Made by a program: the position numbers and the translations under genes
Notes under the pieces: generated by a model
The model's database searches: none
The model's input: the letters and a program-made list of their open reading frames with translations, nothing else
Told to the model about the DNA's origin: nothing
Virus record (IMG/VR): IMGVR_UViG_3300006872_000016
Coordinates: 1 to 37,911 of that record
Length of the DNA: 37,911 bases
Strand: one strand, 5' to 3'
DNA from: a virus
Lineage: Duplodnaviria; Caudoviricetes
Part shown: positions 26,253-35,245 of the stretch, one piece after another
Layout: each line of letters begins with the position of its first letter
Position numbering within the stretch: the first letter of the stretch is position 1

Positions 26253-26566
26253 GCGGACTTGTAGCGGGCACCTTTGCCAACGGCGGATCGGTGGCGAACG
26301 GCATGCGGTCGGAGCCGCTCGTGATCCCGTTCGGCGTAACGTCGATGTTCCTGACGCTGGGCGACGGTATCGACGCGTCCAACACCGTCAAGACGCGCAA
26401 GAGCACGGACAACGGGATCACGTGGGTCGATCAGGTGACCTACAACGCGGCGCAGAATGGGATCTCCGTGACGGTGGCGCACGGCGAACAATGGATCGTT
26501 GAGACCGTCGCCGGCCAGGCCTTGAGGCAGATCAGCTACAAGCTGTCGTGCGAATCCACCCCGTGA
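26249..26566 (+). CDS. small beta-rich putative virion protein
   Basis: GGAGGAGG SD, ATGA overlap; STDNGITW motif. Confidence 0.65.
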   Translation: MSGLVAGTFANGGSVANGMRSEPLVIPFGVTSMFLTLGDGIDASNTVKTRKSTDNGITWVDQVTYNAAQNGISVTVAHGEQWIVETVAGQALRQISYKLSCESTP

Positions 26567-26588
26567 TCTGACCCCTGGAGACCGCCCT

Positions 26589-27530
26589 ATGTTCAACGCG
26601 CTGCGCCCGTCCCTGTTCCACGCTGCGACCGACGATCTGCCGCCTGGTGGTGCCGACGGCGATCCGCCGCCTGGTGGTGACACGCCGCCGGCCCCGCCGG
26701 CGCCCCCCGCTGGCGACGCACCGCCGGCGCCTGTCTCCGCGTTCCGCCCGCCGGCCGGCACGCCGCCGCCTGGTGACGCGCCACCGGCTCGCCCGGACTG
26801 GTGCCCTGAGTCGAATTGGGACGCCGAGGCGGGCGCGCCGATCGTCCCTGAGAAGTTCTGGGACAAGGAGGCCGGGGCCGCGAAGGCGGACGCGCTCGCC
26901 AAGTCATACCGCGAGCTCGAGCGCCGCATGGGTGCCGCGGCCGATCTGCCCCCCAAGGACGCCAGCGGCTACGAGTTCGAGAAGCGCGACGGCGAGGCGC
27001 TCGAGGTGCCGGCCGAGATCGACGAGGCGATCCGAGACTTTGCCGCCGAGATCAAGCTCACGAACCAGCAGTACAACGAGATCGTGCGGGAGCTCTACGC
27101 GACGGCCAATGACGCGGTCGCGGGCTCGTGGGCGGCCAACGAGCAGCGCACGCTTGCCGATCTCAAGACGCAGCACGGCGCCGATGCGGCCAAGGTGCAG
27201 GCCGACGCCTGGAAGGTCGCGCAGACCTATCTGTCTGCCGAGGAGCTCGCCCAGCTCGAGAAGGCGCCGAGCTCGGCGATCGTCATGAATCTGCTGGCGC
27301 GCGTGTCGCGCGAGCTTCGCGCCGACGGCCCGCCAGGTGCAGGCGGGTCGCCGCCGCCGAGCTTCGACGTGATGACCAGCGAGGCGATCGCGCTGCGTCG
27401 CAATCTCGATTCCGAGTTCTGGCAGGAGCACAAGCCCGGCCACGCCGCGGCCGTCGCCAAGGTGTGGGCCTGGGAAGGCGAGTGCATCCGCCGCGGTGTC
27501 AGCTCGCGCGAGCTCCTCGAGTCCCGCTGA
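26589..27530 (+). CDS. capsid scaffolding protein
   Basis: Pro-rich N-terminus, PEKFW, LAKSYRELE..MG..P.....Y; directly upstream of the capsid gene. Confidence 0.85.
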   Translation: MFNALRPSLFHAATDDLPPGGADGDPPPGGDTPPAPPAPPAGDAPPAPVSAFRPPAGTPPPGDAPPARPDWCPESNWDAEAGAPIVPEKFWDKEAGAAKADALAKSYRELERRMGAAADLPPKDASGYEFEKRDGEALEVPAEIDEAIRDFAAEIKLTNQQYNEIVRELYATANDAVAGSWAANEQRTLADLKTQHGADAAKVQADAWKVAQTYLSAEELAQLEKAPSSAIVMNLLARVSRELRADGPPGAGGSPPPSFDVMTSEAIALRRNLDSEFWQEHKPGHAAAVAKVWAWEGECIRRGVSSRELLESR

Positions 27531-27568
27531 TCTCCTTGCCACCGTTTGCCCCGGCCTTGTGCCGGAGC

Positions 27569-27680
27569 TTGTTTCTCCTGGCTCAGCTGTTCTAGGATTG
27601 CGCCCAGCGGATAACCGGAAACGGCCCGCGACGCTACCGCCCTTCGCGCGACGGCCCGGGACACCGGATAACCGACAAGC
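27569..27680 (+). promoter_or_regulatory. capsid leader: promoter-like site and repeated motifs
   Basis: TTGTTT-N18-TAGGAT; CGGATAACCG at 27608 and 27665; ACGGCCCG at 27621 and 27651. Confidence 0.5.
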
Positions 27681-27723
27681 AGGCACACCCCAACGTGTAC
27701 CCGTTTGATCGGAGATCCGCGCC

Positions 27724-28617
27724 ATGTCCCAGCAGGCACCCGAAAATTTCGCCATTGCCTTCGGCAACAACTTCTACGAGCTCGGCCAGCAGATCAGCTC
27801 GCGCCTCTCGCCGCTCGTCATGATGGAGTCCGGCATCCGCGGCGCCTCCAAGGCGATCGAGCGCGTCGGCGCCGCCGAGGCCTACGACATCACCAGCCGC
27901 CACGCCGACACCCGCTATGTCGAAGTGCCGCACTCCCGGCGCTGGATCGACCTGCAGGACAAGGGCTGGGCAGAGCTGGTCGACGAGATGGACGAGATCC
28001 GCATGCTGGCGGATCCGAAATCGAAGTACCCCAAGCTCGGCGTGCAGGCGCTCAACCGCGCCAAGGACGACGTCATTTATGCGGCGGCTCGCGGCTCGGC
28101 CCGCTCCGGCGCTGGTCCGGTCCCGCTGCCGGCGGCCCAGAAGATCGCGGAGGGCGGCACCGGCCTGACCCTGGCGAAGCTCCTGGCGACGAAGGAAATC
28201 ATCGACGCGGCCGAGATCGGCCACGGCGGCGACGAGGCCGCCATGTCGGCCACCGGCCAGGGCAAGGTCTACGATCGCGGCTTCATCGTCTCGAGCAAGC
28301 AGCTGACCAACCTGTACGGCACGACCGAGGTGAAGAACATCGACTACAACACCGTCAAGGCGTTGTCGGAGGGCGTGATCGATACCTTCCTCGGCTTCAA
28401 GTTCATCCGGTCGGAGCGCCTCGCCAAGGTCGGCACGTCGCGGTTCTGCGTGGCCTGGGCCCGCCAGGCGATGGTGCTCGGCATGGGGAAGGACATCATC
28501 ACCAACGCGACCGAGCTGCCGACGAAGAACTACTCCTGGCAGGTCTACGCGCGCATGAGCCTGGGCGCTGTTCGCGTCGAGGACGCGGGCGTCGTCGAGG
28601 TGGCTTGCTTCGAGTAA
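27724..28617 (+). CDS. major capsid protein (BPP-1 Bbp17-like)
   Basis: QQ..SRL, PHSRRW, D..R...DP.S.Y......A.NR..DD.I, DYNTVKAL..G..DTFLGFKFI.SERL, GAVRVED..VV. Confidence 0.93.
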   Translation: MSQQAPENFAIAFGNNFYELGQQISSRLSPLVMMESGIRGASKAIERVGAAEAYDITSRHADTRYVEVPHSRRWIDLQDKGWAELVDEMDEIRMLADPKSKYPKLGVQALNRAKDDVIYAAARGSARSGAGPVPLPAAQKIAEGGTGLTLAKLLATKEIIDAAEIGHGGDEAAMSATGQGKVYDRGFIVSSKQLTNLYGTTEVKNIDYNTVKALSEGVIDTFLGFKFIRSERLAKVGTSRFCVAWARQAMVLGMGKDIITNATELPTKNYSWQVYARMSLGAVRVEDAGVVEVACFE

Positions 28618-28626
28618 TCGACGGAC

Positions 28627-28652
28627 GGCGCCGCGAGGGCGGCGCCTCCTTC
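28627..28652 (+). terminator. hairpin after the capsid gene (weak terminator or processing site)
   Basis: GGCGCCGC-GAGG-GCGGCGCC followed by TCCTTC. Confidence 0.4.
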
Positions 28653-28674
28653 ACCAGAATACGAGGATCCGACA

Positions 28675-29367
28675 ATGCCGAATTTCAATTCCGTACAGCT
28701 CGCCGCCTACGCCGCGACCCCCGGCTTCAAGACCAAGTCCGCAGTCAACCACGGCAAGCTCCGCGTGGCCGAATGGACCTATCGCGCGCCGACGTCGGGC
28801 ACCGCCCCGGCGATCGCCGACAAGATCGTATGGGGCAAGCTCCCGGTGCGCGCGAAGATCCTGGGTCACCTGTCGATCTTGCAGTGGAGCGCGGGCACCG
28901 CGTTGTGCACGCTCAACGTCGGCGACAACATCGTGCCGGCTCGCCACCTGGCCGCGACCGCGGTTACCGCGGCGGGCACCGCGGTTCCCAACGCGGCGGC
29001 GCTGACCAAGACGTGCACGTGCGACACCGTCAACGGCTCGCCTTACCTGACGTTCCTCAACGCTCGAGGCGCGATCCAGCCGGGCGATCTGCTGTCCGGC
29101 ACCGGCATCCCGACCGGCGCCTTCGCGCTGGCGGTGAACAATGATCAGGTGACCATGTCGGCCAACGCGACCGCGTCGACCACCCCGGGCACCGGCACCA
29201 CGATCACCGCGGTCGGCGCGAGCTTCGAGACCAGCAACGATAGCGCGAACGAGGCCAACGGCTGGACGACCACGCAGGACGATTGCACCCTGTTGTCGAC
29301 GGTCGCCGGCGCGCAGATCGCCAACAATCAGGTGATCCGCCTGCGGATGGTCTACGCGATCGAGTAA
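28675..29367 (+). CDS. capsid cement/decoration protein
   Basis: GKLRV...D.I...KLP..A.I...TLNVGD jelly-roll pattern with an inserted Thr-rich beta segment; directly after the capsid gene. Confidence 0.7.
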   Translation: MPNFNSVQLAAYAATPGFKTKSAVNHGKLRVAEWTYRAPTSGTAPAIADKIVWGKLPVRAKILGHLSILQWSAGTALCTLNVGDNIVPARHLAATAVTAAGTAVPNAAALTKTCTCDTVNGSPYLTFLNARGAIQPGDLLSGTGIPTGAFALAVNNDQVTMSANATASTTPGTGTTITAVGASFETSNDSANEANGWTTTQDDCTLLSTVAGAQIANNQVIRLRMVYAIE

Positions 29368-29414
29368 CCCGCAACGCGGGCGCCTCACGGGTCGCCCGCC
29401 GATTGCGCTATCCT

Positions 29415-29444
29415 GAGACCGGGCCGTGTGCCCGGTTTCTTTTT
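29415..29444 (+). terminator. intrinsic terminator after the head genes
   Basis: GAGACCGGGC-CGTGT-GCCCGGTTTC followed by TTTTT. Confidence 0.8.
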
Positions 29445-29454
29445 GGGGGTGTCG

Positions 29455-30021
29455 ATGGCCGCGACCGCAATCTCGATCTGCTCGAATGCCCGCATGCTCT
29501 GCGGTCAATCTTCGATCTCATCCTTCGATGAGGACTCGACCGGCCTGGCCGGCAATATGTGGGACACGGTGCGCCAGTCGACGCTGCGGCTCGGCGTCTG
29601 GTCCCGCGTGCGCAAGCGTGCCTCGCTCCCCGCGCTGCCCGATAGCCCGGCGTGGGGCTGGACGTATCAGGCGATCATCCCCCCCGACTGCCTGCGCGTG
29701 CTCTCCGTCGGCGAGGGTGGCGAGGTGCCGGACTTCGAGATCGAAGGCGATCGGATCTTGTCGAACGAGGCCGCGATCAAAATCCGCTACGTGTACGACG
29801 CGACCAACCCGGCGACGTGGGACTCCGTGCTGATCGAGGCGACCACGATGCACATGGCCGCGGTCATGGCGTACCCGCTCACCGGCTCAAAGACGCTGCA
29901 GGACGCGATGCAAGCCAACTTCGCCGCGCTGCTCGAGGCGGCCCGCGGCATCAATTCGGTCGAAGCGCCGACCGATCCGATCGGCGATAAGCCGCTGTTC
30001 CGAGCTCGCGCGGGGTACTGA
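29455..30021 (+). CDS. head-tail adaptor (tail tubular protein A-like)
   Basis: ICSNA...G...I.SFDE.S, W....KR..L, W.YQ...P.DCLRV, F.IEG..I.SN. Confidence 0.88.
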   Translation: MAATAISICSNARMLCGQSSISSFDEDSTGLAGNMWDTVRQSTLRLGVWSRVRKRASLPALPDSPAWGWTYQAIIPPDCLRVLSVGEGGEVPDFEIEGDRILSNEAAIKIRYVYDATNPATWDSVLIEATTMHMAAVMAYPLTGSKTLQDAMQANFAALLEAARGINSVEAPTDPIGDKPLFRARAGY

Positions 30022-30022
30022 C

Positions 30023-32224
30023 GTGGCGCGCCAGGAGTGGACGCAATCGGACTTCACCGCGGGCGAGTGGTCGCCGGCCATGCTCGGCCGCACCAACCTG
30101 CCGCGGTATCAATCGTGCTGCTCTGAGCTCTCCAACTTCATCGCGCTAGTCCAAGGCGGCGCGCGCTCGAGGTGGGGGACGTACTACACCGCGGAGACCA
30201 AGGACAGCACGCGCCGGCCGCGCCTGGTGCCGTTCCGCTATTCGAATTCGCAGGCCTACGTGCTCGAGCTCGGCAACCTGTACATGCGGGTTTACACGCA
30301 GAACACCCGGATCGAAGTTCTGGGCACGCCGATCGAATTCGTCACGCCGTGGGCCGAGGCCGACTTGCCCGATCTCGAATGGGCGCAGTGGGGCGACACC
30401 GCCGTCGTCGTGCACCCGACCAAGGTGCCGTATCGGATCGTCCGTATCTCGAATGAGCAGTGGAAGGTGCAGGCCGCGCCGTTCATCGTGTGGCCGTCGG
30501 CCGAGCTCGGGCTCAAGCCCGCGACGACTGCGACGCTGTCGGCCACGTCGGGCGCGATCACCATCACCAGCGGCGCCGCGGCCTTCCTCGCCTCCGACGT
30601 CGGCCGCCAGGTGATCGCCGACATCGGCGAGGCGACCATTACGGGATTCGTGTCGACGACGCAGGTAAACGCGACCGCGACCGGCTTCCTCGCCACCGCC
30701 TACACGTCCGGCAACTGGACGATCACCGAGTCGCCGAAAACGACGCTCACGATCTCCGGCTCCACCGGCCGGAAGAATGGCACCGTAACCTGCACGCTGT
30801 CGGCGAACGGCTGGCGCAGCACCGACGTCGGATCCTATGCCCGCATCAATGGCGCGCTGATCGAGCTCACCGGGTTTACCTCGGCGCTGATCATGACGGG
30901 CAAATTGCGCGAGCTGTTCACCTCGCCCGCGGTGCTCGATGCTGAGTCGGGCGCCTGGTCCCTCGAGCCGCGCGCCTGGTCGGCGACGCTGGGCTACCCG
31001 CGCGCCGTCGCGCTGGCCGAGCAGCGCCTCATCTTCGGCGGCTCGGCCGCGTTCCCGCTCGGCACCTGGGCCTCGGCGACCGGCTTCTACTACGACATGA
31101 CCCGCGGCGAGCGCGATGCCGCGGGCTGGGCGATCGACTTCTTCGGCAACGACATGAGCACGATCATGCACCTTGTTCCGTCGCCGACCACGCTGCTCGC
31201 GCTCACCGCGTCCGCCGAGCTCTCGGCCGGCACCGGCAACGATGAGCCTATGACATACAAGACGCTCCGGCCGCGCACCGGGTCGAACAATGGCGCGAGC
31301 CGCTGCCGGCCGCAGATCGTCAACAACGACCTATGGTTCGCGCAGGACGGCGGGACCAAGATCCGCGCGCTCGCCTTCACGTTGACCGAGAATGCGTTTT
31401 GGTCCCCTGACATCACCTGGGAGTCATCGCACCTTTTCGCGTCCGGCGTGCGCGAGATCGTTTTCAGCAAAGACCCGTACCCGATCGCCTATGCGGTGCT
31501 CGAGGACGGGCGCCTCGCCGCGTGCGCGGTCTCCCGTCAGGCGGGCGTGCTCGAGCATGACGTGCTCGCCTGGTCGCCGCTGTCGACGGATGGATTCATC
31601 GAGTCGGCCGCGGTCATGCGCTACGGCGCCGAGGATCAGCTGTGGCTTGCGGTGCGGCGCACGATCAACGGCGTGACGAAGCGGTACATCGAGCGGGCCG
31701 ACTGGTCCCTGCAAACGGATTGCGCGCTGACCGGCACCTCGGGCACGCCAACGTCGACGTGGGCCGGGTTCGGGCACCTCGAGGGCAAGACGGTGCAGAT
31801 CCTTGCCAACGGCGCGGACGTGGCCGACCAAGTGGTAGTCGCCGGCACAGTGCAGACGCTTGAGGCGTCCGGCGTCGGCGCGCCGCTCCTGGCAACCGCG
31901 ATCGAGGCGGGCCTGCCGTTCGAAGCGGTGATGACAGTGCCGGACATTGAACCGCCTGGCGTGTCATTCGGCGGCGCCAAGGTCCGGGCCCATGAGGTGA
32001 TCGTCGACGTGCTCGAGACCACCGGGATCGAGGTGCAAGACGCGCAGCTCAAGTGGCGGCCGTTCGGGGAGGGCGCCTTCACGTCGCCGCTGATCCCGTT
32101 CACCGGGAAAAAGAGCGTGCCGAATCTCGGCTGGGACGGCGGGCGCGTTACCATCCGCCGGCGCCTACCGTATCGCGCTCACGTGCGCCGCGTCATTCGG
32201 CGCTACACCGTCAATGAGGGGTAA
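30023..32224 (+). CDS. tail nozzle (tail tubular protein B / P22 gp10-like)
   Basis: Q.DFTAGE.SP...GR, NF....QGG...R.GT, RL.PF......Y.LE.G..YMR, GYP..V....QRL.FGG. Confidence 0.9.
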   Translation: MARQEWTQSDFTAGEWSPAMLGRTNLPRYQSCCSELSNFIALVQGGARSRWGTYYTAETKDSTRRPRLVPFRYSNSQAYVLELGNLYMRVYTQNTRIEVLGTPIEFVTPWAEADLPDLEWAQWGDTAVVVHPTKVPYRIVRISNEQWKVQAAPFIVWPSAELGLKPATTATLSATSGAITITSGAAAFLASDVGRQVIADIGEATITGFVSTTQVNATATGFLATAYTSGNWTITESPKTTLTISGSTGRKNGTVTCTLSANGWRSTDVGSYARINGALIELTGFTSALIMTGKLRELFTSPAVLDAESGAWSLEPRAWSATLGYPRAVALAEQRLIFGGSAAFPLGTWASATGFYYDMTRGERDAAGWAIDFFGNDMSTIMHLVPSPTTLLALTASAELSAGTGNDEPMTYKTLRPRTGSNNGASRCRPQIVNNDLWFAQDGGTKIRALAFTLTENAFWSPDITWESSHLFASGVREIVFSKDPYPIAYAVLEDGRLAACAVSRQAGVLEHDVLAWSPLSTDGFIESAAVMRYGAEDQLWLAVRRTINGVTKRYIERADWSLQTDCALTGTSGTPTSTWAGFGHLEGKTVQILANGADVADQVVVAGTVQTLEASGVGAPLLATAIEAGLPFEAVMTVPDIEPPGVSFGGAKVRAHEVIVDVLETTGIEVQDAQLKWRPFGEGAFTSPLIPFTGKKSVPNLGWDGGRVTIRRRLPYRAHVRRVIRRYTVNEG

Positions 32225-32227
32225 CGC

Positions 32228-32743
32228 ATGAGTCTGCTTGACGTCGGATCGGCTGCGCTCTCCCTGGTCTCGACCGGGCTGCAGTTCTATAGCGCCTGGA
32301 AGGGCGGCGAGGACAAGGGCGACCTGTACGCCGCTCAGGCGGCCTCGAGCTACGCGGACGCGCGCCGGGCGCTGTTCACCTCCCGCCTGGTGCGGGACGT
32401 CGCCGAGGTGGAAGCGCGCCAGGTGCAGCGGAAGGGCGCCGAGTATCGGAGCGCGGCGCGCGCGGCCTACGCGGCCAACGGGATCCGCGTCGACACCGGA
32501 TCGGCGATCGCCACGCAGCGCGACATCACCCGGCGCGCCGATCAGGACGCGATCAATGCGATCTTGTTGGGCGAGCGCCAGGGCCAGCAGCTCGAGCAGG
32601 ACGCGCTCGCGTCCCTCACCGAGTCGGGCCTGTACATGCAGGCCGGCAGCAACGCGGAAAACGCGGGGCAGCTGACCGCCTGGGGCACCGCGCTGGCCGG
32701 CGCGGCGGACGTGTGGTCGAAGTGGCGCGCGGCGGGGGATTGA
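32228..32743 (+). CDS. internal virion protein (T7 gp14-like)
   Basis: Ala-rich helical protein with ARAAYAANGI.VDTGSA; position after the nozzle. Confidence 0.75.
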   Translation: MSLLDVGSAALSLVSTGLQFYSAWKGGEDKGDLYAAQAASSYADARRALFTSRLVRDVAEVEARQVQRKGAEYRSAARAAYAANGIRVDTGSAIATQRDITRRADQDAINAILLGERQGQQLEQDALASLTESGLYMQAGSNAENAGQLTAWGTALAGAADVWSKWRAAGD

Positions 32744-32746
32744 GGC

Positions 32747-35245
32747 ATGGCGACGATTGATCCGGGTCCGTTCGGGAACTACACCGCGCCGGCCGTCCGG
32801 CCGGGCCGCTCGGCGCGCCCCGTGCCGGAGGCCTTCGACACGACCGGCGGGATACAGGAGCTCGCGCGCGGCGCGGCCATCGCCAGCGACATCGGCGCCA
32901 ACGTGGCCGCACAGCAGCGCCGCGAGCAGGAGATCGCCGCGGAGCGTGCCCGCCGGGAGGCCGAGCAGGCCGCGCGCGTCGAGGAGGCCACCCGCGCCCG
33001 GCGCGACCAGATCCAGCTTGGCGAGGAGGTCGCGCGCAGGGCGCAGTCGATCCTCGATGACGACTCGATCCCTGGCGACCAGAAGGAGGCCAGGCTCGAC
33101 GAGTTCGTTACCCAACGCCGCGCCGCGCTCGAGCCCACCTACAAGATCCCCGACCTACTCGGCGCGCAGCAGGCGAACATCGACGAGATCAGTGTGCGTG
33201 CGCGCGCCGGGATCCGCGAGGGGATCACCCGCCAGAACCGGGCGAAGGTCTCGGCCAACGTCGCGCAGTCGATCGAGTCGCTCGGGCGCCAGGCGCTCAG
33301 CGCCGGCGATGCTGACCCCTACATTGACCAGGCCTTCAAGATCATCGACGAAAGCGCCGCGGCGGCCGGGTGGGACGCGCTCAACGTCGAGAAGCAGAAG
33401 CAGGCGGTCTCCGAGAGCTGGACCGAGACCGTGGTCGCGCAGCGCGTCAACGACGATCCCGCCGGCGCGCTCGAGGCGCTCGACGGCGACGCGTACCCGC
33501 GGCTCGACCCCAAGGTCCGCATTGCGCTGCGCGGCCAGGCCGAGGCCGAGCTCGAGCGCCGGGCGAACCGCGCCAGGATCGAGGCGGATGCGCGCGAGGC
33601 GCAGGCCGGCCGGGCGATCGCCAGGCTCGGCGACATTTACCAGCAGGGGCTACAGCCTGACGCGCAGTGGGTCGCGTCGACGGCGGCCCTGGCCACCGGC
33701 ACGATCTACGAGCAGGACATACAAGCCATGCAGGCGGCCGCCGCGGACCGCGCGCGCTTTGCGTCCGCTCCGATTGCCGACCAGCAGCGGGAGGTGGAAG
33801 CCTTGCGCGCGCGCTACACCGATCCGGCGCAGGGCGTGAAGCAGGGGCAGGACTGGGATTACCGGTGGCGCGAGCAGCAGCTCGCCAACACGCAGCAGGA
33901 CATACGCGCCCGCGGTGGTCTCATGGCGGCCGCGGCGCGCCGCGTGATCGATCTCCCGCCGCTCGACGTCGACACGCCCGAGGCGCTGGCCGAGGGACTG
34001 AGCGCCAGGCGCGAGGCGGCGGCGCAGGCGAGCGCCTGGGCGGGCCAGCCGGTCGGGCTTCTCACGCCGTCCGAGCTGCGCGCGTTCTCCGAGAACCTCA
34101 AGCGCACCCCGGCCGACCAGCAGGCCGCAACGATCCACGGGTTCGCGCTCGCCGTCGGCGACCCGCAGGAGTTCCGGCAGATCATGGCCGAGCTCGCGCC
34201 CAGCAACGGCGCCGCGGCGAGCGCCGGCCGGTTGCTGGTCGACAAGGCGCCAGGTGCGCGCGACGCGGCCGAGCTGATCCTCAAGGGCGAGGCCTACCTC
34301 AACCCGCCAGGCGAGGGCGCCAAGCCGCTCGTGCGCCTCCCCAATGCCGACGCGATCGCGCGCAAGTTCGACGACCTGACGGGCGAGGCCTACGTCGGCA
34401 GCGCGCGCGTGCGCGGCATGGATCTGGACAACGCGCGCCGGGTCTATGCGGCGCTCTCGGCGCAGGAGGGCGACTTCACGCAAGATCCGCAGGACGTCGA
34501 CGGAAAGCGGATGCAGCGCGCGATCGAGATCGCCACCGGCGGGATCGGCGAGTACGCCGGGGCGGCCGTGGTGCTGCCGCGCGGCATGAGCGAGGACGAG
34601 CTCACCAGCCGGGTGCAGGACCGGCTGCTCGAGCTCAACCGCACCGGCGGGCTGATCACGCGGTTCAACGATTCGCAGCTGCTCGACTTGCAGATCGAAA
34701 ACGCGCCCCGCGGCTACTACGTGAAGCAGGGCGGGGCGTATCTCCTCGATCGAAAGGGCTACAAGGTCAACATCGATCCGCGCTCCGCCCCGATCGACTG
34801 GCAGGCGCCGCTCGCCGCAGCTGACCCAGAGTTCGACGTGCCGCCGGCGCCGGCGCCCGACTGGCAGCCCAACCCCAACGATCTACGCCCCGACGGCACG
34901 CAGAAGGGCCGCGGCTACTTCGGCCCGCTCAGGACGCCGGACGGCGGGACCATGACGGAGCTGTCGGTCGGGTTCAACATCGACGGCCGCGAGGTCGACG
35001 TGCCCGCCCTGGTGCCGACGCTGACCCGCGGCGAGGTGCGCGCGGTGCTCAACGCGAAGCAGGGGCAGCGCCTTCCGCAGTCTGTCTACGTGAAGGCCGA
35101 GGCCTTCGCGCGCGACCGCCTGGCGCGCGGCCTCTCGCCGTACGCCCAGCCCGAGGAGGAGGGCCAGTTCCAGCCGGCGCCGAATCCGCGCAAGCGCCTG
35201 CAGTGGGGGCCGTACGGGTTCCGGTTCGAGGACGTCGCGCCGTGA
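32747..35245 (+). CDS. internal virion / ejection protein (832 aa) with an appended C-terminal domain
   Basis: Long helical ORF in the ejection module; GAGG SD. Confidence 0.8.
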   Translation: MATIDPGPFGNYTAPAVRPGRSARPVPEAFDTTGGIQELARGAAIASDIGANVAAQQRREQEIAAERARREAEQAARVEEATRARRDQIQLGEEVARRAQSILDDDSIPGDQKEARLDEFVTQRRAALEPTYKIPDLLGAQQANIDEISVRARAGIREGITRQNRAKVSANVAQSIESLGRQALSAGDADPYIDQAFKIIDESAAAAGWDALNVEKQKQAVSESWTETVVAQRVNDDPAGALEALDGDAYPRLDPKVRIALRGQAEAELERRANRARIEADAREAQAGRAIARLGDIYQQGLQPDAQWVASTAALATGTIYEQDIQAMQAAAADRARFASAPIADQQREVEALRARYTDPAQGVKQGQDWDYRWREQQLANTQQDIRARGGLMAAAARRVIDLPPLDVDTPEALAEGLSARREAAAQASAWAGQPVGLLTPSELRAFSENLKRTPADQQAATIHGFALAVGDPQEFRQIMAELAPSNGAAASAGRLLVDKAPGARDAAELILKGEAYLNPPGEGAKPLVRLPNADAIARKFDDLTGEAYVGSARVRGMDLDNARRVYAALSAQEGDFTQDPQDVDGKRMQRAIEIATGGIGEYAGAAVVLPRGMSEDELTSRVQDRLLELNRTGGLITRFNDSQLLDLQIENAPRGYYVKQGGAYLLDRKGYKVNIDPRSAPIDWQAPLAAADPEFDVPPAPAPDWQPNPNDLRPDGTQKGRGYFGPLRTPDGGTMTELSVGFNIDGREVDVPALVPTLTRGEVRAVLNAKQGQRLPQSVYVKAEAFARDRLARGLSPYAQPEEEGQFQPAPNPRKRLQWGPYGFRFEDVAP

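Noticed and set aside
26630-26790. Repeats CCGCCTGGTG(G/A)
   Set aside because: They encode the PPG(G/D) repeats of the scaffold N-terminus; not a CRISPR array or iterons.
496-34824. Many long alternative-frame Arg/Ala/Pro-rich ORFs in the track (for example 17674-19188, 21848-23011, 27705-29144, 33667-34824)
   Set aside because: Expected stop-poor shadows in high-GC DNA that overlap well-supported genes.
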